DNA from: Rhynchobatus australiae
Lineage: Eukaryota
DNA length: 64,000 bases
Assembly: GCA_034780895.1 (NCBI GenBank)
Contig: JAUZTB010000033.1
Coordinates: 30,661,820-30,725,819, forward strand
Reading direction: 5' to 3'
Shown here: positions 36,610 to 49,732 of the stretch, in pieces
How the letters are laid out: each line of letters opens with the position of its first letter
How positions within the stretch are numbered: position 1 is the first letter of the stretch
Notes under the pieces: generated by a model
What the model was told of the DNA's origin: nothing
The model's input: the letters and a program-made list of their open reading frames with translations, nothing else
Databases searched by the model: none
Made by a program: the position numbers and the translations under genes

Positions 36610-37170
36610 TTGCATTTGCATTGTGAAGGATGTGTGTAAAAGTGTTTTAACATGAGATGGGCAGAACAGCAAAAGCCAAAGACAAAAGCAAAAGGGTAGC
36701 ACATGCATATTGTGGAGGCCAAAGACGCAGTTAAACAGGAAGTTTTTGAAGTATGAATGAAGAGAAACAAGGTGTAGGGATCTTGACAGGAACTTCCAAA
36801 AACCTAAGTACAGTTACTTGGTTATTTATAGACCAGAGCAAGACAAAGGGAAATCAGGAATGAAGAATGCACACCTTGTTATAAGGATGGAAACAAAGTC
36901 AAGGAGGAATTTGAACAAGTAACACTTTTTAAAGTTGACCCACTTGAGAAAAGAGGAGTTAGTGGAACTCCTAGGATAAGGGTGATAGAATATTGGATGA
37001 TGTGGGTCAGGACTCAGTTTGTCCATTCCAAAGGAGGTGTAAACATGGAGGCCAGCTGAATGAACCAAGAAAAGGCCAGGCCTAAAGCAATAATGTTGGC
37101 TTTTGTAGCAGTCAGCAAAAGATCAGAGCATAAAAGGTAATGTTAAGGAGACAGAAGCAAGCACTATCAG
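36610..37170 (-). mobile_element. L2 C-terminal/3' relic
   Basis: Purine-rich stretch with L2-like ..GGAACTTCCA..GGAGGAATTTGAACAAG..TTTTAAAGTTGA..GTAATGTTAAGGAG. Confidence 0.45.
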
Positions 37171-40099
37171 AACAAGGCCAAATGGAGGCAGAAGAACACT
37201 TAACCCATCTCTTTGTATTGCAGACATCACCTGGCTGGAATAAATTTGAGACCCATGAAATATATTCATTTTGTCTTCCATTAGCACCACCTTGTTTTGG
37301 GATACTCTTAGTAATACAAAGCAGTTTAATACTAAAACTGATGTGATTAATACCTAAATTATCAACACACAGTTACAAAAACATAGTAGTGCAACAAGTG
37401 AGCACAAGTCAGCACATTGTGAGCACCACACTGACTCTACTACTTCTACAGCAACTAATTCCCCATCCACATTGATATAAAACATGTGCTCTACTGGCAT
37501 CTGTCACTAATTGAATGACACTTCCCTATTCAATATAGCATATGGCAATTTATTATCTTTTGAAGGTTATGTATGCACATAGTGTGGAAGGTTAGAGTTC
37601 ACCTCCTGCCCCTGCTACTGTTTATGGCATATTTGTGTTTGAGCAACATTCATCTACCCCTGGGCAAATTCAAACCGTAGCATTATTAGCATTAAAAAGG
37701 CCAATGAGATCATATTTTGTTGGGTAGAAATAGTCAGCAAATTAATTCCAATAAATTGTTGGATAAGACCACAGATCATACTCACAAGACAAAGAGGGTC
37801 AAAACACTTTTATGTCTTTCTACTTTAAACAAGCATTCCGAAATGATTGTTGCATGAAGGGTGTTGTTCTCCTTTCTTTGCAAAAGCCTAAGGTTGCAGG
37901 AATTTAATAAAAGTTTAAATATGCCAAACCAAAAAAAATGTGGTTTCTTTGTCACATTTAATGTTTTGGTATCTTTCCATTAACCAAAAATGACTTTGTA
38001 CGGATTCAGTGTTTACTTACATAACAATAGTAATGATACTTCAAAAGTTCATAATTGTGAATTGTTTGGTGACAAACTGTTATATAAATGCAAACTTTTT
38101 CCTTCTAAATGTGGGGATCTGCAGTGGCAGGTCACATCACACCAATTTATTTTTTCCAAGAATGGTCACCAGCAAACACCAGTTCTGATGAAATCATAAC
38201 GTAACAAAACCTTCATAAGAGTTATAGTTTTATCCAAATATTACTGTCTAAGTCATCACTATTCCCAAATAATTCATGTTAATTGTTTTCAATTTAAGCT
38301 GACAGAAAGCTTGTGTCAGAGCATTTCACTGTCAAATATATTTTATTACTTGTAAACTCACAACTCACTTCCAGACAGTGCTCAAAGACATCAGAGCAAT
38401 CAGTGCTTTCAATATGAGGCATTATGTTGCCCAAAAGAGGAAATTGTTCTACTAAACACGAATGTTTAAACTTGATGTATTTTTGGTGGAAAGTTAATGG
38501 ATACTTATCACAACAAGCATGTAGAACATAGTACAAGATGGGACAGTATGTAATTTAGGCTGTAAATTCAGCGAACTGTGTAATCTGAGGAAAGAGTAGA
38601 CAATTAAGGTAAAAACGTTCACTTTATAAGTTGTGAGTCGAGCATGTGGAGTGGCTGATAGCAGATACTCATGGTTAAAAAGCAGGAAAGATCTGTAAGT
38701 AAGGAAATCTGCTTCCCAATGATGAGAGGATTCAAGGGCCTGCATGCATATATGTGTGCATCTATGGATCAACATGTGGTAAAAGCAAACTAAATTTCTG
38801 CTCCACTGTGCAAATAAAAAAGCATTTTGAAAAGGTAGCAGACATACAGTTCGAACCCATGAAGTTTGCCTGATAAAAATTTCATTTTGACGAATGCAAC
38901 ACAGACTCATTTTTTTTTCGCTTCCCGATATCCATGGTTACATCTCTGCAGAACCTCCGAGCACTAACAATGCTGTTTATTTTCATTGTTTGAATCCACA
39001 TAGCACCTATTAGGCATGCTTAGAGAAGCAGTAAGTACAATGGACAGCCAGGGCTATTTTTTAACACTGTTCAGATTAACATCCTTCCTTTTTTGTGCAA
39101 CATGAAAAGGATAGAAGCCTGCAAACAGCCAAATAATCAGGCTCCATTCAAGAAAGATGAAATGATTCACGAATTAGACTTCACTAGGAAACAGTCAAGC
39201 TTCCAGAGCATGGTTCAGTGGCCAATTGAGACGCTTTTCATTCTTCAAAAAGGCCAGACCTTAAACTTTTTTTCAAATTTAAGGCTCAGTTTCTTTTGCA
39301 TTCAGTACATGTATCACCTGCCATATGTTAACGCATAACAGCCAAAGTATCTCCTTCAGAGTAATGGAATTAAATGGGTATAAAAAATGCCTCAAGTACA
39401 TAAGAAAGCATGGGGAGAGAAAAGCAACTGGTGCCACCAACACCACCTTTCACAGATCACATATAATCTACTCTAAAATGTACACCATGAATATAATTCT
39501 CTGAGAGCAAGTATTACGTAAAGCACTTTTTGATTGCTGAGGATAATCAAACAGAACAACAGAATATTTAACAAACCTCTCGACAGAGCCTGTTATTCTG
39601 ACCTTCTTAAGTCTTTTCATGTTCCTCATCTAACCCATAGGTTTTACTATGCAAGATTGAATAACTCCAAGTTCCATTAGCTACATATCCTGGAGCATTG
39701 TAAACCACCAGCAGGTGTATAACAATCCAATCATCCCATTGGACATTTAGATTTACAAGCTTAATCTCAGGAATGTGTTCTTTATAGAGTAAACATAAAG
39801 AGGGTCAGTTAGAAATTGGGATTCTTAATGTGACATTTTGGATTTCATCATTCCAGTTAATGCCCCTTAAACTTGAACCTACATTTTGCAGCAGGAGAAA
39901 CCCTGAAAAAGTTTAGTTTAAAGGGATCTTCTGCTGAATCCAGGTTGGTTGCAGGCTGTATTCTTCTGACTATTGCTACAATTACAGTGGCTGCTGGTTT
40001 CTAAAGCTGCTTTGTTATATAGCTCACAGAGAGTAGAGTGGCAGATGCTGAAGGGTGTTCTGTTCACTTCGAAGCTTCTCCACAAACCAGTTGCTCCTA

Positions 40100-40900
40100 G
40101 ACACGGGTGCATTTTGTAGGCATTTCCCTTGGACTGAGAGAACAAGGCTGCAAGAAGAAGGAGAAGGAGAGGAGAACTTTCAGGATATTCAAACTACTGA
40201 AAATTCATCCTACTGAAACCTTACTGAAGAGCAATGCATAGGATGCCTTCAACCTCCAAGCAATTTTATGCTTCAGGAAGAAGCTGACATTCACTATTGT
40301 TTATGGGAGATTGCATAAATTCCCTGTTCAAAGAGGGCTAAATATATCACATGTTCTTTTAGAATAGCAGAAGGAGCCAGCACACGTTGTTACTAGGATT
40401 GCAGGCTTACTCTGTGGTGCAGGCTGTGGTTTTCATGACATGCAGATTATTTGCAAGTGCCAAGTGTCTAATCTGCTCTATGTTGGAACCAACAGGGATT
40501 CCCCTCCCTCAATGTCTAAATTGTGTATAACTGCAGACAGTAAATTATGCAGGTATCCTGAGAGCAGGCATGATGAATTTGTCCTGCAATGATTGCGGTG
40601 CCAGCTACAGAATGATCCTGGAGTAAACCGAAGAATGACTAAGGAGTGACAAGGACAATCTGCTGACAACACGGCATTCCGTGCTGCCACACAAGTCTTG
40701 ATACAGCAGATCATTGTTATACTTAAACAATGCTCTGGAGGAGCCCTGCAGTCCTCAGGAGAAGGGATGTCCAGACTTCACTGTGGCCTAGTCATAGATG
40801 ATCTTACCATGATAAAGGGATAGCCTTTTCCAGTACCTATGCTGGAGCTAGATCTTGAGGAGGAGCACAAAGGGAGAAAACAACCAACGTTACCTCTTTC
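40100..40900 (+). pseudogene. Decayed PIF/Harbinger (HARBI1-like DDE) transposase, copy 2
   Basis: Arg-rich N-terminus (40148-40175), SY*NLTEEQCI (40208), NF/YASG (40262), RIAGL..VQAV (40395-40428), GFPSLNV*IVYN..IMQV (40496-40555), RYPESRHDEFVL (40551-40586), SDKDNLLTT, AATQVLIQQIIVILKQCSGGALQS (40683-40757). Confidence 0.85.
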
Positions 40901-41099
40901 TCCTCAAGCAGTGGTAAGAAATTAACCCATGTGAGATACTAGTAGCAACAATCCTAATTTCCCATTCGGCAATAGTCCATCATATTATTTTGCTCTGCCG
41001 TTAAGCATCACAACATCCACTTGCCCACTAAATAAAAAGCACTACAAACTAGATATTCCAAGTCAAAATTATAGATTAAATCATGCAGCATTGCGCATA

Positions 41100-41960
41100 A
41101 AAGCCAACAATCAACCATGTGCAATCCCTTACTGGCTGTCTTCCATTTGGTGTTGCCTAAACCCATATTTCTACACAATGCTACCACTGTTTTCAGTAGA
41201 GTCTGCTGCAGTTTCACTTTGAGAACAACCTTGAGCTGCCCTGGGTCAAGAAGGTCTGGTTGCAGACTGCATGACCTCAGCATGGATGGCAGCAGACACA
41301 GGCTGGTCGGCTGACAAGCATCAGCAAGGGCACTGGCAGAGTGGTAGGTCTGAGAGAAGCCATCAGGTTTGTGCTTTATGGAACCACTGCTACTTCCCTG
41401 AGATACATGCTCAGTAGTCTACGTAACCTTTTTCGTTTTGGATAGTCCCTTAGGAATAAGCATTAGCTGCTTCCACTCCAGTTTTGTAGGTTCTGAGGTG
41501 GCTGCCAAAGCCAATGTGGGACCGCAGACTTTCCCACATTTAGGGCAGGAGGTGTTGGACAGGGCAAGGGAAGTAGGTAGTTAGTGGGTAGCATGTTCTT
41601 TCTGCCATGTTTGCTGGGTATAAGTGTGCTCAAGGTTGGAGTAATCTACTGAAGGACAGATTAGAGGCCTGCTGCGATATCCAACAGAACCTCTGGGAAC
41701 TGTAATCTTCAACTGTGATGTCAGCAGTTCAAGCTTCCACAGCAGTCTTCAGGCATCGGGTGGCTGCTGGCTGTGCTGCATTAGAAACTGAGATATCGAA
41801 CTATACATGATAGTTCGGTCCACAAGTACATGAAAAGAATTGTCCACCACTTCCATGGGGAGCCCCTAGACCTAAGCAAAACCTATGCTAAGTTGATACC
41901 GCACTCTTCCATGGTCTTTGACAGCAAGTGCAGGCTTCCCAATGAACTGATCTCTTCATT
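41100..41960 (-). pseudogene. Probable C-terminal part of the convergent Harbinger ORF2, interrupted by an RTE
   Basis: Minus strand: LGSLHLLSKTMEECGINLA*, DISVSNAAQPAATRCLKTAVEA*TADI and ..KWKTASKGLHMVD (ORF 41008..41283). Position is convergent to the transposase. Assignment is from remembered similarity; no Myb motif seen here. Confidence 0.4.
41423..41639 (-). mobile_element. RTE LINE 3' end with a probable target-site duplication
   Basis: Minus strand CPKCGKVCGP plus TGCTTCCACTCCAG on + (shared with the 5820-5880 copy). Flanked by AGTAGTCTAC (41413-41422) and AGTAATCTAC (41640-41649). Confidence 0.75.
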
Positions 41961-43699
41961 GTGTACACACATCTGTCTTATTGGAAGAACAAAGAATATC
42001 TAATAGAGTACTCAGAATTATAAGGTATTACAATTGAAATAAATCAGAGAAAGCTATTGCCACTATTCAATCAGTAAGTAACTAGGTGCATACATTTAAG
42101 ATAACCAAATTAAAAGGAGAAGCAAGGGGAAAATATATAAAAAGGATTGGTTCGGATGTGAAATTCACGAGCAGAGAGAGTGACCAAAACAGACTTTACA
42201 ACAGCTTTTCTAGCAAATGGGGATTGGTATTTGAAAAGTCAAACAAGGCGAAGCAAGTGGGCAACTCTTTCAGGGAGATTAGGTGCAACAAATCAAACAG
42301 CTTCTCTCTACACTACAGAATTCCATAATTCAAAATTGCTGGACCACTAGTGTTAACCGAAATAGCCTGGTGATTCTAATGGTATCTATAAAAGAGCAAA
42401 ACTGATCAGCTCAGGTCAAACAGGTAAAAGTGCTCCAGTTAATGGTGCAAGGCATTGTTGCATGTAGAGCTGATATTGCAGTCCGAAGGTATGATCAGTC
42501 AGAAGTCCTGGATGGAGGCTGCAGGTCAATGATTACATAATGTATAAAAATTATATGATCACTGATGAGCTTCCCAGCACAATTTTTCTCAAGGACAAGA
42601 ACCCTTCAGACATCTCCTGACTATTTGCTGCTTCTAAATGGAACAATTAATGGATTGTGACTTTATGCATTAAATGATTGCTTTTTCTCAAAGATGTACT
42701 TTCCTAATAAATTTCAACAATCAGCAGTTTCATGATGTAATACTGACATTTTTGTAGTGGGCTTCTTATTAGTTCCTTGCACTTCTGTCTCCGTGTTAGG
42801 TGATTTTGTATTTAAGTCCTTCAATGGAATTTCAGTTGATAATAACAGGCTGACAGTTATTTACAGTACTAAGAGCCTGTTGTACTTCTGGAGGTATTAT
42901 ATTTAGATGAAACATTAGACCATGACCCATGCTTCCTGATCAAATGAATATGGTAATTATAATCATTTTGCTCAGTCAACCTCGGAATGGCAATAATGCT
43001 GCCAGTGTGGAAAGATGAAATCAAATGGGTTGAAGATACTTCTTTAATCCAACCACTTTGGGATCTTGTGAAGATGAATGTGGTGGTAGGATGCTGCATT
43101 ATAACTACCTTGAGTAGCTATGAAATTAAAGACAATGAATTATTTCTATTTCTTTCTTTCTTTTCATTTGATTTTATAATAGCCACAATTTTTCCCAGCA
43201 GTACATTGGGAACCACAATGAAAAGTTAATCAATGTCTGTGAAATATTTTAAGACATATTGCTGAAGCTAAAAATGGTCTATTGATGGAAGTTTGTTCAT
43301 TCTGCGTGATAGATCCATATCTCTTGAGACTCAATGATATGCAGTTTTATCATTCACAAAGTCGAGAACTGGTCATCTCAGATTTGGAGAATAGTCAGGC
43401 TATGGTTTCACATTTGGAATACTTGGCCATAATAGATAAATTTCACAGTTAGAATAATAACATCATCATAGTTATGCCAAAACGTGTTGTAAAATTAAGT
43501 CTCATATCACCGTAAGTAAAACATCATTTACCTTTACCTATGCCACAACAGCCACAGCACTTCAATCTAATGAGTTCTATGTTAAATGTTTTGAAAGGGC
43601 TTTCATCAGCTTCTGTTATGTGATATCCCTTACTCAGGACAAAGTAGCCCATTTGATTGGTATCTTATTCAGAACCCTAAACATTTATTCTCTCCATCA

Positions 43700-44060
43700 C
43701 TGGCACACCATGATTGCAGGGTGTACCATGTACAAAATGCATTGTAGTTGCTTCCCCAGGCTGCTCTGATAGCACCTCCAAAACTTGTGACTTCACCAAG
43801 AAAGACACTGGGACCATGTGCATGGGAACACCACAACCTGCATATCCCCTCCAAGTTGCACATTATCCTGACGTGGAAATACATTGCCATTCTTTTAATG
43901 TTGTTGATCCAAATCATAGAACTCCCTAACCCAACAGCAAACTGGGAGTATCTTTACTAGAAAGCCTCAAGCTGTTCAAGATGACTCACCACCACAGACG
44001 GGCAATAAATACAAGTCTTGCCAGCAACACCAGCATCCCAAAGAGGGAAAACATTAAAAG
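43700..44060 (+). mobile_element. CR1-group LINE 3' end
   Basis: GTGTACCATGTACAAAATGCATTG..CATGGGAACACCACAACCTGCA..GGGCAATAAATACAAGTCTTGCCAGCAACACCAGCATCCCA tail. Confidence 0.75.
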
Positions 44061-44257
44061 AAATCAGCAATTGAGATTAATCAAGAACTCTTGGATTTCA
44101 TTAGTTTGACAGCAGGAAGCTTGACTTCACCCTGCTATAGCATCCATTGTGAATGAATCTTGTGAAAATGTTATATCCAAAGCAGTTTGATAATAATGGT
44201 GTACCTTACCCTTGAAGACATCCTTGTATGTTTTGACATCCTTAGCTAATGACTTAT

Positions 44258-44330
44258 GGAGTCATAAAGTCATAGAATTATACAGCACAGAAACAGGCCC
44301 TTCAGCCCAACTCTTCTCTGCCAACCATTT
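44258..44330 (-). mobile_element. CR1 3' tail (short)
   Basis: GAGTCATAAAGTCATAGAATTATACAGCACAGAAACAGGCCCTTCAGCCCAAC. Confidence 0.8.
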
Positions 44331-44439
44331 CCAGATTTAACTACAATATGTTCCTAATTTGTCATGGAGACTCCATGCATGTAGTCTATCCCTATTACCA
44401 GTCCATGGTGAGATCAATGGCATGTTTTGAAATTATTTG

Positions 44440-45870
44440 TTTTTAATCATGGAACTTGTACATCAATGCAAGACCAACTTTTATTGCTCAAAGCTAATTC
44501 TCCTTTTGGAGGTGTTGGTGAATAGTCTTCACAAACCTCTACAGATCATTTGGTGAAGATAATGTTATGTTCCTGTTAGGTGCGTTCCAAGATTTTGAAA
44601 CAATTAAGGGTTGGTAACAGAAACATTAGAACCCTTGGCAACTTGCTGCAGTAACATGGAGATCAAACACTTGTGTAAGATCAAACACAGCATTAATTGC
44701 TGTTGGAACTGAAAGTTTAATATGTGGATGGGGTGTGAATCCAGGGGTTTGCTTTAACTCAGATGGTGCTGAGTTTCCTGAGCATTATTCCAGTGTCAGG
44801 ATAGTATTCCATCACATTCCTTTAAATGGAAAAAAGCTTTGGGAAAACAGGAGGTAAGTACCCAACTCCTAGTGTGCACCTATAACTGTTGTACTTATTT
44901 GGCTGAGCTAGCTGAATTTCTGATAAACAGTGATCTCCATAATATTGATGGTGTTAGACCTGAGGATGGTAATGCCATTGAGTGTTAAGGAGAAGTAGTT
45001 AAACATCTGCTTCTTGGAGATGGCCATTGCCCTGCAATGATAAATAACAGAAGTGTTGTTTACTGCTCATCACATGTAAGTAGGAATGCTATACTAGTCT
45101 TATTGCATGAGGGTATGTATCACAGTAGTATCAGAGAAGTTGTGAATGGAAACGAACACTATACTATTATCAGCAAACATCCCACTTCTGAATTTAGGAT
45201 GGAAAGAAGGCCATTAATGAATCAGCTGAAGATGGTTTGGGCCAGTATGCTGTCCTTAGGAACTGTTGCTGAATCTCAGCCAAGATGACTAACCTCCAAC
45301 AACCACAAACATTCCCTTCTGTTATATATGGCTCTAACCAGTGGAGAATTTTCCTTCTGATTCTCACTGACTTCAATTCCACTATGGCTCCTTGATGCCG
45401 TAATCAGTCAAGTGTTGCCTCGCTGTCAAAGCCAGTCACTCTCTTCTTTATTCAGCCCTTTATCAAGGCTACAACCATGCCCAGAGATAAGTGATCTTGG
45501 CAAGATCCAAACCGTACACTGATGACCAGGTTATTGATAAGTACCACTTGATTGTACTATGAGCAGCATCTTCCATCATTTCACTGAGAACTGATGGTAG
45601 ATTGATGGGATAGTAATTGCACTGACTGAATTTATTCTGCCTTTTTGGACACAAGGAAGCATTTTCCAATTTGAAAGGTAGATACCAGTGTTGTAGCTGG
45701 AACTATTTGCCAGAGCTGTAGCTGGGTCTGGAGCTCAAGACTTTAGTCATGATGTTACCTGGTGCGATAGATTTGCTGCATCCGGTGCATTCAACCATTT
45801 CATGAAATAATATGGAGTGAATTGAACTGGCTGAAGACTGGTTTGGTGACGGTGGGGATTTCAGAAAATC
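44440..45870 (-). mobile_element. CR1-group LINE relic (RT plus 3' end), same family as 43700-44060
   Basis: NYYPINLPSVLSEMME (ORF 45469..45669), ELKSVRIRRKILHWLEPYI (ORF 45194..45382), VPKDSILA..SEVGMFADNS RT motifs, and the reverse of the family tail at ~44470-44600. Confidence 0.8.
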
Positions 45871-46339
45871 AAGATNNNNNNNNNNNNNNNNNNNNNNNNN
45901 NATCAAGGAGACTACAAGTATGTATCAGTTCAAGGCAAGACCAGTTACAACACTTGAAATTAACTTTGAAAGCCACAGCTTTTAAGCTACTCCCACCACA
46001 TTTAGTTTCTTATACAAAAAGCCTGTGAAACACTTCCAAGAGATTCTTATGAAAGCAAATCCTTTTTTCCCTGTATGCTTGATTGATAAAATGAGTTGAC
46101 TACGAAAACATCGCTATAATAAAATTCAGTTCATAAGGAAATGGAATACACATATTCAAATGCCAGCAGGTTTTTTTCCCAGTGTTTTGAATTTTATTGC
46201 ACACAAGTAGTAAAGGAGTAACAGCAAATTCTGAATATTAATTCTATGGTGCGAATGACAGCTGTTACTTCAGTGGGTCACACCAGGAGGAATCATCATG
46301 AAAATCAAAAACTGCAGATAATGGAAATTTGAAATGTGC

Positions 46340-46730
46340 GCTTGGTTGAGGCACGATGACAGTGCAGGTGGTGCAGGGAAGATTTCCAGGGGATTGAGGT
46401 CAGTGACTGTGTGGAAGGCAATGGCCCTGATGTTGAGTGGTGGAGTTATGATCCAGGAGAAATTATGAGGAGATGTCTCTGAAAGAACAGAGGTCAATTC
46501 ATCAAACTACAGCAGCAATGCCCTCCTCAGTATGCTTGATAACAATGTTGGGGTTGGTCCTTGGTGAGCAGTGTGCTACAGGTTTGGTGGGAGATAGGTT
46601 AGGGTGAATAAGGCCAGTGGAAAAATTGAGAGAGTCAGTGTCATTCCAGCTGTTAGTGAGGAATAGATCTAGAGAGGGTCAATAGATCTAGAGAGGTCCA
46701 GGTGGATAAGGACAACTGAAAATGAGAGAG
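46340..46730 (-). mobile_element. Probable L2 relic (endonuclease-linker region) with a 19-bp tandem duplication at 46662-46699
   Basis: Purine-rich L2-like stretch; AATAGATCTAGAGAGG(G)TC occurs twice. Confidence 0.4.
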
Positions 46731-49149
46731 NNNNNNNNNNNNNNNNNNNNNNNNNNNNNNNNNNNNNNNNNNNNNNNNNNNNNNNNNNNNNNNNNNNNNN
46801 NNNNNNNNNNNNNNNNNNNNNNNNNNNNNNCATTTAACACATATCCTCACTGAAAATTACAGCATGCAGTTCTGTAGGTTTAAAAGGGCAGAAACCACTT
46901 TGTTGACTCGATTATTAAACAATTGTCAGTTTTGGCCTAAAACATTAGACAAGCTAGACAATCAATCTGAACATTCCATGAGGTTGAATCAGAGAATTTT
47001 ATTGCTGAATATAAAACTATATGTATTTAAAATTTAAATGAAGCCATAAGGATAAAAAAATGATGCAAGTCACTGCAAGACCTGAACATCATCATGCTAA
47101 TACCTGCAGTTACATTTTATATAAGAAATGACTCAGAATTAAATTGCTCAGTTGCCTGGAAGCCATTCATAATGCAAGTTATGTCTGAGAAGAGTTTTTA
47201 CATACATGTCATCAAAGTACCAAGTCACACAAATGACACAAGCTCCTCTATTGATACTGTTGTGGGTTGGTATGGTTCTAATACACCTAATACGGCCCAT
47301 ATACCTTTTGACTCTAGATTCAAATGAAACACACTGGGAGGTAAGAGCTGCCTCTGTCTGTATATCAGCAGCAGATTGTTGGCCATCATTGCTTAGAGTC
47401 TTGTCTCACTGCCTGTGAGTTTCATAGAAATCTAGATCAGATGCAGGGGGGATGTTTTTTTGTCTTTTGATCTTTGTTGGAGCACAGTCCAGTCAACCAG
47501 TGGAGCTAGGTTTGAATCATCCAAAACTGATAAAAATGAATCCCCAAATTTTCCTCCCTTTCTAAGGGCCCTTTTCCCTTTTCTGTAGAAATAAGCCTAC
47601 AGCAACTATGAATTTTTGCAGAGGAATGCTACCATCAATTGCTAGATACAAAAGGCAGCCTCACAGCTATCTCAAATGGGTATTCCTCGATGCTTAAAAA
47701 GCATAGAGATACCACTCCACACCATAGAATGAGTACTCATTTCTGCTTCTTGTGAACAAGTGTCTCAAAGATTCCATTGCAGGAACAACATAGATTCTGC
47801 AATGGAATTGATTGATACTGGTGGTCTACAAATTGGCACACATTTCATTGCAAAATGGTGTTCCCTCTATATGCACAATGGACACTAAAGATAAACCAAG
47901 AAATGGCAGGATTAATACTTCAGGTGCAAGAAACAATCAGGAGTATCAGTGCCCTTTCTGCAGTGGAATGCCAGAATTCTCAAGACTAACACACCTCTGA
48001 GCCAACCAAGCAGCAGCTGCAGTGTAAAAAATAAGTTGTACATATTGAAAGAGAATGAGCTGGATCAGTGAAATTCCATGACTACTTTGTAAACAAGGCT
48101 TTTGAGTTGATAGTTTTGACATGTGGTCTACTCAGAACAGCTTAAAGGGATGCTATTATCTAGCAATTATTTACTGGCAAAAGCTAGAATGTTCTGGGGA
48201 TTTGTCAAGTCTTGTTTTGAAAATCATCCTCTATTGCGCATGTGCATGAATATGAGTACAACATATATTTATCAGTGGTTTGTTTCAATATTAACATGAC
48301 AATCATTATACATTTCTACAATGTGTCTGAATCTCATTAGCTGTCTCATTAACCCATTTCTGTGTCACAAATTAAACAAAGGCCATGGCTCTTAAGGTCA
48401 TGGCAAATTGATCCAAATTAAGTATGCTGCCTAACACACATCGAGTGAGAGTCAGCCTGTCTGATGGTAACAAACCAGCCTTAGTAAAGTTGAGCAAACA
48501 ATTGTAGATGGAAGCATAAAAAGCTTTAAAAAAAGGCCAAGTTTAAAGTTCAGAGAAAAATCTAAAAGCTTTCAAGACTGTTTTAGGGATGGCAGGGGGC
48601 AGGGCATGGAAGTGGGAGGGGAGCTGGGTGAGAGAAGAAGCACTGTAGTGACCTTGATGCCTAGATGTGACAAAACAAGCAAGAAGACAAACAGAGATAA
48701 CCACACCCACCGACCCTGAATGACTGAACAAATTCTGCCCTGCTGTCATATAGATAACACCTTCGATCAGACACCCTGCAGCAGGCCATACTGCAGAAGG
48801 CTTGAAAGGAACAAAACAGAAACAAAACTTAAAAGGAAAGAAAAGGTATTGAACTGCAGAAGCTCGATGGATCTTTCTGTTTGAGTTTTGATTGAAGGGT
48901 TCAAACTCACTTAAACCAATGACTCAGAACAGCCTATGCAGACTTTTCAAACTGTGACGTTTTCATTGTGCAGCTCGGCAATAAAACGCTTCAATATAAC
49001 TTCCAGCACTGAATTAGAATCAGAAAAGTGTGCATTCATTTGAAATTTTTAATTACAAGTAAGCAATTACAAGTTATTATTTCATATCTTTTTTGTGGTC
49101 ATTATTCAAAACTATGAGCAGATTCTACTATTTAATTCCATTCCAACGA

Positions 49150-49400
49150 TATCCCAGCAATTTTATATTGCAAAACTTCTTTTGTTACCACACCATTCTG
49201 ATCTGGGAAGATATCACCGGTTCTTCATCATTACTGGGTCTAAATCCTGCAACTCTTATCCAAAGCACTATGAGAGTACCTTCACCAGAAGATCTGCTGT
49301 GGTTAAACAAGGCAGCACATGACTGAATTCTGTCGGGCAATTACAGATGGGCAATAAATGCATACCTTGCCAATGATATTCAGATCCAGAAAAAATGAAC
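49150..49400 (+). mobile_element. CR1-group LINE 3' end
   Basis: CACACCATTCTGATCTGG..CTGGGTCTAAATCCTGCAACTC..GATGGGCAATAAATGC..CCTTGCCAATGAT. Confidence 0.75.
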
Positions 49401-49401
49401 A

Positions 49402-49732
49402 CAGGCTGTCCCTGGGTTAAGGACCCCCAATCTATGGACACCCCTACGTACTAACAAGCTCCCATAAGATTATTAAATTCACAAGTCCAACGTACATACA
49501 TATGTTCGTTCCTGTGAAAGGCAGAACTAGTTTCTTCTGTCTATCCACTTTTTGCAATTTTCTTTCCTATCATTCCTATGTGCTTTTGATGCTGTTCATT
49601 ACAATACTACAATACTGTGTGGAGGTATGCTTACCATATTGAGCGATCTTTGTGTATTTTCTGACATATAAACAAAATCGACTTATGGATGTCATTAAAA
49701 ACAAAACCTATTTGTTACCTGGGAATAGTCTG
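49402..49732. mobile_element. Tc1/mariner superfamily (Tigger/pogo-like) MITE
   Basis: Left end CAGGCTGTCCCTGGGTTAAGGA; reverse complement of right end CAGACTATTCCCAGGTAACAAA (imperfect TIRs). TA follows the right end; the left flank is CA. Confidence 0.65.

Noticed and set aside
39918-40178. Minus-strand 75-aa ORF behind an apparently strong polypyrimidine acceptor
   Set aside because: The tract is the complement of the Arg-rich N-terminus of the plus-strand Harbinger transposase, and the peptide has no recognisable similarity.
41117-41314. Plus-strand LPKPIF.. peptide resembling an RTE C-terminus
   Set aside because: The similarity is weak; the minus-strand reading fits the Harbinger ORF2 context better. 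The assignment remains uncertain.
43581-43612. Minus-strand CTGATGAAAGCCCTTTCAAAAC as an intact hammerhead
   Set aside because: The GAAA box is absent, stem II is implausible and no stems I/III were found; at most it is a decayed relic.
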